From positions 138,973 through 202,972 of the forward strand of contig CASEFL010000001.1 in assembly GCA_949287245.1 (NCBI GenBank): a DNA stretch of 64,000 nucleotides, written 5' to 3'. Numbering within the stretch: position 1 is the first letter of the stretch; each line of letters starts with the position of its first letter. This stretch comes from an uncultured Bacillota bacterium (GTDB lineage Bacteria; Bacillota_I; Bacilli_A; RFN20; CAG-826). The notes beneath the pieces were generated by a model. That model was not told the DNA's origin. It ran no database searches and saw nothing but the letters and a program-made list of their open reading frames with translations. Position numbers and translations under genes: made by a program. Below are positions 57,807-64,000 of this stretch, one piece after another.

Positions 57807-60540
57807 CGCTTTTCTCCTCTAAAAGACGTAAAGAAGCTTCTAATTCTTCCTCCGTATGAATCAGTACTTTGCTTCCTTTTGCGGAAGTACTTGTGGGCCC
57901 GCTAGCAACAATTCCTTCCTTTTTTAAACGATCAAAAATGCTCCCGGCCTTAGGAAAACCAATCCCATACACTCTTCTTAAGGCGCTAACCGAGCAATAA
58001 TCTAGCGTCATAACATAAGCGCGAACTTCTTCGTAAAATTCATTATCCGTTGCTTGTTTTAAGGAAGCGTGATCGACTTTTGGAGCGGTCGCAACCGTGA
58101 TAATACTTTCTTCTTTTTCTTCTAAATTTAAAAATTTAGGATCGTAATTTGCCGACCTCTCTTGACGAATAAAATCGCAAACTTCACGAATTTCTCTTCC
58201 GGAAACATAGCAGCCTTGAGCACGGACAAGACCTGTTCTTGATAATTGAGCACAAGAAATCAACATATCTCCATGCCCAACAAGATTTTCTGCGCCTCCT
58301 TGGTCAAGAATCGTATTACTATCCACATAAGAAGATACAGCCAAAGCGACACGAACAAGTAAATTTGCCTTAATTGTGCCATTAATTACGTTTACACTAG
58401 GACGCTGAGTTGCGACAACAAGATGAATACCCGCAGCCCGAGCCTTTTGGGCAAGTTTAACCACCGGTTCCCCAATCATTTTGCAGCTATCCACTAAGTC
58501 TGCATATTCATCGATAAAGCAAACAATGACAGGAAGTGGCTCTAAATCATAATCCGGTGCATAATCGCGGTTAAATTCATTAATGCTACTCACATCCGCT
58601 GCCGAGATAATATCGAAGCGTCGCTCCATTTCATCGCATAAACGGTCAAGCGCAACTTTAGCCTGTTGAGCATCGGTGATAATAGGACAAAGAAGATGAG
58701 GAAGTTCGCGATATTTATTAAGTTCTGCTTTCTTAGGATCAATCATTAAAAGGCGCAAGTCTTCAGGACGATTTCTCATGATTAAAGACATGATTAAACC
58801 ATGCATGAATACGGATTTTCCTGAACCAGAAGTTCCCGCGACTAACATATGAGGGAAATCTCCTAAATCTCCTGAAACGCATTCCCCGGAAATTGTTTTA
58901 CCAAAAGGAACCGCCAAAGGCAATTTTTCCCTAGGCTTCATGTGTTCCATCATTTCCCGTAAGCCAACCGTTGTTGTTTCGGTATTGGCAATTTCTAAGC
59001 CACTATAAGGAGAACCCATAACAACTTCTTCATAACGGGTTTGTACTCCACCAAGACGCACTGATAAATCTTTCACAAAACGGGTAACGGTAGAAACAGA
59101 AACGTTTTTCTCAGTTTGAATATCATAACGCGTTACCGAAGGACCAATCGTATATCCAGCAATAGAAGCCCCAACCCCTAAATCCATAAAGGCTTGATTG
59201 ATTGCGTCTTTTCTTACCTCGCATTCTTTATGAATTTCTTCTTCATTTTCTAAAGAACCATACGCTTTTAATAAGTCCAAAGAAGGAAATTCATAAGAGG
59301 CGCGTTCTTTTCTCTTTCCCTGCCCTAACTTCATTAAAGTAATTTCTTCTTCGCTTAATGCTGGTCCTAAATCCACCTCAGGAAGAGGGAGAGTTTCTTC
59401 CTTTTTTTCTTCTAAAGTAACAGGACGTGTCTCTTCTTGTTCGTTTGGTAAATTGGGAAGAGTAACGGATTCAGCTTCTTTTTTAAGAGGAGCCTCTTCT
59501 AAAGAAGAAGAAAGAGACACATTTTCTTCTTTCTTTTCTTCCTTAGAAGAATCATAAGGAGTTTCTTTTAAAAGAGGGCTTTCATCTTTCTTCTCGATAG
59601 AAGAAAGGACACTCTCTTTAATCTCTTCCTTTCTAGATCTTTCAAAAGAATCATCAAAGGAAGGGGCTTTTTCTTCTTTTCTTAGGGTAGATTCCCCTGT
59701 CTTGATAGAAGAAGGCTCTTCTTTAGAAGATGGCGTTACATCTTGAGCATGGACTATTTTTTGCGAAACGGATTCCTTATTTTCATCGAAATAAACAGGT
59801 TTTAAACCATCATCATGAGCCGCTTCTGAATAACGTTTTGGCGGGGCGATAAATTCTTCCGCTACATCAACTTTTGGTAAGTCCATATAAAGTTCACTTC
59901 GAGAAGTTGAACTTTTCTCTTCTTCTACTTTTAAAGTAGGAACCTCTTGGGGAGAATTCGTCATCTCTTCGTGAGGGAGGTAGCTTTTCTTTTCTTCTTG
60001 GAAACGAAGACGCGATTTATATAAATCCATCCATAAAAAGAAATAAGGAAAAAGAAAGGAAACAATACCAAGCAACAAAAGCAAAGAACCAATAAAGTAG
60101 GATAAAGGAAGGCCTCCAAGAGAAAATAAACTCATTAAGCCATAACCTAAAATTCCTCCTCCGGCATCAAGAGAAAAATACATTTTGATGGCTTCTTCTT
60201 CCTTAAGAAATTGAACAAGGGACTCACTATAGGAAGAAAAATCAGATAAGGAAGTGGTAAAAAGAAGGGAAAATCCAAGTAAGAGAAAGAAAAAAGCAAG
60301 AAAAGCATTCCCACAAAATCTCTTCTTTGGAAGGGAGTGATAAATCACAAGAATCACACCCGTAACCATAAAAAAAGGAAGAACAAACCAAATTCCTGCT
60401 AAACCAAAAAGATAAAAAAGAGGAAAAACAAGATAACAAAAAGAGGTGCCGGGAGCTAAAAAGAGCAGCAAAGAAAACAAAAGGAGTGTGGCTCCAAGAG
60501 CAGAAGTTACTTTATCTTTCCCGTATACGCGTTTACTCAT
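57790..60540 (-). CDS. ftsK: DNA translocase FtsK/SpoIIIE
   Basis: 916-aa ORF with N-terminal TM helices, a long acidic linker, the motor domain with Walker A 'GTSGSGKS', and the C-terminal gamma wHTH. Confidence 0.9.
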   Translation of the reverse strand: MSKRVYGKDKVTSALGATLLLFSLLLFLAPGTSFCYLVFPLFYLFGLAGIWFVLPFFMVTGVILVIYHSLPKKRFCGNAFLAFFFLLLGFSLLFTTSLSDFSSYSESLVQFLKEEEAIKMYFSLDAGGGILGYGLMSLFSLGGLPLSYFIGSLLLLLGIVSFLFPYFFLWMDLYKSRLRFQEEKKSYLPHEEMTNSPQEVPTLKVEEEKSSTSRSELYMDLPKVDVAEEFIAPPKRYSEAAHDDGLKPVYFDENKESVSQKIVHAQDVTPSSKEEPSSIKTGESTLRKEEKAPSFDDSFERSRKEEIKESVLSSIEKKDESPLLKETPYDSSKEEKKEENVSLSSSLEEAPLKKEAESVTLPNLPNEQEETRPVTLEEKKEETLPLPEVDLGPALSEEEITLMKLGQGKRKERASYEFPSLDLLKAYGSLENEEEIHKECEVRKDAINQAFMDLGVGASIAGYTIGPSVTRYDIQTEKNVSVSTVTRFVKDLSVRLGGVQTRYEEVVMGSPYSGLEIANTETTTVGLREMMEHMKPREKLPLAVPFGKTISGECVSGDLGDFPHMLVAGTSGSGKSVFMHGLIMSLIMRNRPEDLRLLMIDPKKAELNKYRELPHLLCPIITDAQQAKVALDRLCDEMERRFDIISAADVSSINEFNRDYAPDYDLEPLPVIVCFIDEYADLVDSCKMIGEPVVKLAQKARAAGIHLVVATQRPSVNVINGTIKANLLVRVALAVSSYVDSNTILDQGGAENLVGHGDMLISCAQLSRTGLVRAQGCYVSGREIREVCDFIRQERSANYDPKFLNLEEKEESIITVATAPKVDHASLKQATDNEFYEEVRAYVMTLDYCSVSALRRVYGIGFPKAGSIFDRLKKEGIVASGPTSTSAKGSKVLIHTEEELEASLRLLEEKSDEGGN

Positions 60541-60601
60541 GCTTATTTATTATAAAAGGATTTTCATCCTTAAGCGCGGATTCTTCACCAATTTTTAAAA
60601 T

Positions 60602-62275
60602 TTAAGGAACTTCTACAAGAAGCGGAATAATAAGGGGTTCCATTTGACAGCGCCCTCTTAAATAACGAACGCATTTATCATAAAGATCACTTTTCATTGT
60701 GGGTAAATCCACTTCTTTTCTTTTTAAGCCTTCTTCGACAATACTGCGGGCAATTTTATTCATTTCTCGTCTTAAAGGCTCAGTCTCTTTTAAATAGGCA
60801 AGACCGCGAATTTCTACTTCTGGTCCAGCAAGAAGAAGCCGCCGTTTTTTAGATAAAGTAAGCCCAATAAGAATGGTTCCTCCGGCTAATTTTTCACGGT
60901 CTTGAATGACTTCTTTGCCGACATCACCCACGCTACTTCCATCAATTAAAACATTGCCGTGTGGTATCCCTTCATCAAGAGTCCGTAATCCTGTTTCGTC
61001 AAAAATCGCCGTAATTCCGTCATCTAAAATACAAATATTTTTGTGAGTTAAGCCAATACCCATAGAAGAGATAAGTTGAGCATTCGCAAGTAAATCTTTA
61101 TAAAATCCTTTCACAGGTAAATAGTACTTTGGCTTAAGCAAAGCCGCCATCATCTTTAAATCTTCTTCCGAAGCATGCATACGCCATAATTGTTTCTTAG
61201 ATAAAGAAAGCACCCGTACACCGCTTCGATAAAGTTCATCAAGAGCATCAGTAGCCTCAATTTCAGTATTATCGTTTCCTGGGGCCGCCATAATAAAGGT
61301 ATCAGTTTCCTTTAAATAGCACTTATGCGTTTCATTGGTCCCAGCCGCTAAAAGAGCGATTTTTCCATATAAATCTCGTCCCGCCCCTAAAATTAAGACA
61401 ACAATGTCTTTGTCACGCAGGCGATGTAAATCTTCATAAGGAGCATAATTGTTTTTTGGAATAAGTAATTGATGGACTTCTGCAGCGCTTTCTAATAAAG
61501 AACGAGTTTCTTCATCATAAGGAATAATCTTTTTTCCTGTTTCTTTAGCAATACGAATCAGTTCGTCAATATTGAAATAATTCGAGGAGAAAAGAGCACA
61601 AAAAACTCGACCTGGAGCATCTTTTATGGCTACATCAATGTGTGAGGAAATTCGGTGTTTTGGTGCGGTATAACCAGGTTTTTCAGCGTAAGAGGATTCT
61701 GAAAGCAAGACCAAAGTAGGAGTTTCAGCTAACCGCGCGATGGCGTTAATATCGTGCAAATAATTGGGATCTGCAGAGTTTTCAACAACAAAATCACCGG
61801 TAAAAACAACATGCCCCAAACTCGTTTCAATCGCAAGACCACTACTTTTAGCAATGGAATGGGCCGTAGAAAAGAAATGAATTTTTCTTCCTGCCACAAC
61901 AAAATCGGCACTACTAGCAACGGGATGTTCATCAAAAACAAGATCGCTTTTCCCAACGGATTTTGCAAATAAATGGAGCATGGCAAGGGTCACATCTGAG
62001 CCATAAATAGGGGCTGGCGCGCGGTTATAAACATAAACAAGCGCACCAATTTCATCATCGTGTCCGTGCAAAAGAAAATACGCTTTAATACGCTCTTTGT
62101 TCTCAAGCAAATAACTTAAATCTGGGGCGACATAATCCACTCCAGGCATTGTGCGATCTGGGAAGCGTAAACCACAACCAATGACAAATAAATCCCCGTT
62201 GATATCAACGCAATAACAGTCTTTCCCTGATTCGTCTAAGCCTCCAAGAGCAAATATTTTAACGACATCCTTCAT
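60602..62275 (-). CDS. rnj: Ribonuclease J
   Basis: 557-aa ORF with the 'HGHDDEIG' MBL motif and the beta-CASP and C-terminal domains. Confidence 0.95.
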   Translation of the reverse strand: MKDVVKIFALGGLDESGKDCYCVDINGDLFVIGCGLRFPDRTMPGVDYVAPDLSYLLENKERIKAYFLLHGHDDEIGALVYVYNRAPAPIYGSDVTLAMLHLFAKSVGKSDLVFDEHPVASSADFVVAGRKIHFFSTAHSIAKSSGLAIETSLGHVVFTGDFVVENSADPNYLHDINAIARLAETPTLVLLSESSYAEKPGYTAPKHRISSHIDVAIKDAPGRVFCALFSSNYFNIDELIRIAKETGKKIIPYDEETRSLLESAAEVHQLLIPKNNYAPYEDLHRLRDKDIVVLILGAGRDLYGKIALLAAGTNETHKCYLKETDTFIMAAPGNDNTEIEATDALDELYRSGVRVLSLSKKQLWRMHASEEDLKMMAALLKPKYYLPVKGFYKDLLANAQLISSMGIGLTHKNICILDDGITAIFDETGLRTLDEGIPHGNVLIDGSSVGDVGKEVIQDREKLAGGTILIGLTLSKKRRLLLAGPEVEIRGLAYLKETEPLRREMNKIARSIVEEGLKRKEVDLPTMKSDLYDKCVRYLRGRCQMEPLIIPLLVEVP

Positions 62276-62844
62276 CGTTCATTCCTCCGAAAGGCTTGAT
62301 ATTTTCTCATCATTTTTCCATCGCTTAACCGATGAAGTTCAATTTTCCAATCTTCGTGAATAATCATATACGTGGGTTCATTTCCATTTTTAGGAAAACC
62401 AAGCGAACCAGGATTTAAAAATAGTCCTTCTTTTGTATCATCTATTAAATAAAGGTGGGTGTGGCCGAAACAATAAACATCATAAGAACGGGAAGAAAGC
62501 ATAAGAAGAGATTCTTCGTGTCCATGAAATAAGGCCACTCTTTTTTGGTTTAAATCAATTTCCGAAAATAAAGGAACCGCAAAAGGAATTTCATCTTCCA
62601 TTCTGTCGCAGTTCCCCTTTACCGAAAAAAAGTTCCCTTGTTCATAAAGCCCTTTTAAAGCCTCTCGTACATAGGCTTCGTCTAGATCATCAGGAATTCC
62701 ATTTCGTGGCCCATAATAAATTAAATCGCCGGCCATAAGAATAGCATCTGGCTTTTCTTCTTTAATCCTTTCAAGAAAAGAGATGCAGCGCTCTTTACGC
62801 CCATGTAAATCACTCGCAAAGAGTATTTTTCCGTTTATGTTCAT
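62272..62844 (-). CDS. Calcineurin-like metallophosphoesterase (YfcE-like)
   Basis: 'LFASDLHG', 'MAGDLIY' and 'FHGHEE...GHTH' motifs. It overlaps the rnj start by 4 nt. Confidence 0.75.
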   Translation of the reverse strand: MNINGKILFASDLHGRKERCISFLERIKEEKPDAILMAGDLIYYGPRNGIPDDLDEAYVREALKGLYEQGNFFSVKGNCDRMEDEIPFAVPLFSEIDLNQKRVALFHGHEESLLMLSSRSYDVYCFGHTHLYLIDDTKEGLFLNPGSLGFPKNGNEPTYMIIHEDWKIELHRLSDGKMMRKYQAFRRNER

Positions 62845-62896
62845 AGTCGTTCCTCGTTTCTATTATACAAAAAGAATCACCTTCTTAGGGTAAAAA

Positions 62897-63625
62897 TTAG
62901 AGAAGTGGCATCTTTTGTACACCAAGAATGCATTCTAATCCTGCATAAAGATTACTTCCCCGTTCATATGCGTGATCTAAAAGATAAGATTCTTGCCAAG
63001 AGGCAAGATAGTCTTCTCTTCCTTTTCCTAACTCTTCTAATAATTTCTTAAAAGCAGAAGCATCTTCTGCAAATTCTTCTTCAAAACGGAAAGCGAATTC
63101 TTTCTTTTCATGCGTACGACAATTTGCTTCTCCATAAAGAGCATGTTCTAAATTAATCGAAAAATAACAAAGAAGATGAGGGATTTTTCTTCTTTTTATC
63201 CATAAAGTTCTTCCTTCTACAAGAAAAAGTAAATTGTCCGCCTTTCTTTTTCTTGAAAAATATAAGCTTTCCTTTTCTTCTACATAAACTAGGCACTCCT
63301 CCGGAACATAAGTTTGACGAGAAATGCTTTTGCTTTCAATATAGGTGGACTTTGGGGCAAAAGAAGCATCTAAATCCGTAAGTTGAACAATCACATCAAT
63401 ATCTTTGATGGTGAGTTTTTTCTCTTGGCAAAAAGTCTCGATTTCTTTTTTGATGCCATCGCGCGTGGAAGTTCCTTTCTTTCCCCCTTTCGCGGTTAAA
63501 TCCCCATTGGCAGGATGGAAAAATAAAGGACGCTCTTCTCCAAGAGTAAGAAACAAATTGATTAAGGGACTTTCTAAGGTGGTTTGATCAGTCACCCCTT
63601 CGACTAGAAAAAGAAGAACGCCCAT
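62897..63625 (-). CDS. Toprim-like protein (RloB/DUF4276/DUF4435-type), predicted nuclease partner of the upstream ATPase
   Basis: 242-aa ORF with an N-terminal 'LLFLVEGVTDQ' (conserved Glu) and a DxD motif 'LTDLDASF', together a Toprim signature. Its start abuts the ATPase stop codon. Confidence 0.5.
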   Translation of the reverse strand: MGVLLFLVEGVTDQTTLESPLINLFLTLGEERPLFFHPANGDLTAKGGKKGTSTRDGIKKEIETFCQEKKLTIKDIDVIVQLTDLDASFAPKSTYIESKSISRQTYVPEECLVYVEEKESLYFSRKRKADNLLFLVEGRTLWIKRRKIPHLLCYFSINLEHALYGEANCRTHEKKEFAFRFEEEFAEDASAFKKLLEELGKGREDYLASWQESYLLDHAYERGSNLYAGLECILGVQKMPLL

Positions 63626-64000
63626 TTATTCTCCTTTTCCTAATTTTGACGCTCGTCTCATAAAAGAAGGAATATCTTCCCCGGGATATTCTTCTTTTAA
63701 GGCTAAGGAACGGAGATAAGCATCCCGTAAATTCGCCCCTTTTCGCACGGATAATTCAAAAAACCGTCCGGCGACAAGCAAAGAGGCAAAGCGGGCATGA
63801 TGATGAGGCAAAGTTTCAAGTGTCCGTAAATTATGGGAAGTAAAAATAAGAGAACCTTTTCCTCTTATGTATAAAGATTTCATCAATTCTCCAAATAAAT
63901 ATTCAAAAATCCCTGCATCTACTTCATCTAAAATTACCCATTCTTTTGAAGAAGATAAATAGGCACTTAAAGGGAGGAAAAGAGAAAGTAATTTTCTTGT
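63626..64000 (-). CDS. AAA_21/ABC-type ATPase (C-terminal part; gene continues past the window end)
   Basis: An open frame runs from the window end to the stop at 63626-63628, with a Walker B/D-loop 'WVILDEVDAGIF' and an H-loop 'SLIFTSHNL'. The listed ORF 63626..63886 is just the in-frame tail; its 'start' is a TTG inside the gene. Confidence 0.6.
   Translation of the reverse strand, partial: TRKLLSLFLPLSAYLSSSKEWVILDEVDAGIFEYLFGELMKSLYIRGKGSLIFTSHNLRTLETLPHHHARFASLLVAGRFFELSVRKGANLRDAYLRSLALKEEYPGEDIPSFMRRASKLGKGE

Noticed and set aside
1-64000. Alternative genetic code (TGA=Trp, as in Mycoplasma/Spiroplasma)
   Set aside because: Several well-conserved genes terminate at TGA, for example the TM2 protein at 20361, and long ORFs are intact under the standard code. 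The standard code (table 11) applies.
1-64000. CRISPR arrays, tRNA/rRNA genes, transposases or prophage remnants
   Set aside because: No direct-repeat/spacer periodicity was seen. Intergenic regions are short (mostly under 150 nt), AT-rich and lack tRNA-like GC-rich cloverleaf segments. No integrase or transposase-like ORFs were found.

Overview
This 64 kb window is a gene-dense chromosomal stretch from a low-GC organism using the standard genetic code (TGA serves as a stop codon). I read it as a Bacillota- or Mollicutes-like genome of Erysipelotrichia/Acholeplasma type. About 60 genes are present and almost all sit on the minus strand; only ispH, an adenylation–carrier protein gene, rpsT and rsmF are on the plus strand. 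The backbone is housekeeping and its gene order closely mirrors several Bacillus subtilis arrays:
- cshB-like helicase, ispH, nif3, trmK, sigA, dnaG
- glyQS, recO, era, cdd, ybeY
- lepA, hemW, hrcA, grpE, dnaK, dnaJ ... rsmE, mtaB ... rpsU
- comEA, comEC, holA, rpsT
- alaS, ruvX, a DUF1292 protein, greA

Lineage-specific genes are inserted at precise points in this conserved backbone:
- A predicted two-gene defence module at the right edge (62897..>64000): a partial AAA_21/ABC-type ATPase followed by a Toprim-like protein, resembling PARIS/RloAB/OLD systems.
- A three-gene insertion between lepA and hemW that includes a Fic-fold protein with a degenerate catalytic motif and a C-terminal wHTH.
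- A C39 'bacteriocin-processing' peptidase domain fused to a transmembrane domain, with no ABC ATPase.
- A standalone adenylation–peptidyl-carrier didomain protein.
- A DinG/XPD-type Fe-S helicase carrying an N-terminal PD-(D/E)XK nuclease domain.
- A cluster of secreted nucleases next to a GH32 hydrolase: an MBL-fold hydrolase, an endonuclease I and a barnase/RNase Sa-like lipoprotein.

comEC appears inactivated by an in-frame TAA and a frameshift in a T5 run, while comEA is intact. The hrcA operon carries a variant CIRCE operator (TTGGCAGTC-N9-GATTGCCAA) between a near-consensus sigmaA promoter and the ribosome-binding site. No rRNA, tRNA, CRISPR array, transposase or prophage was seen.
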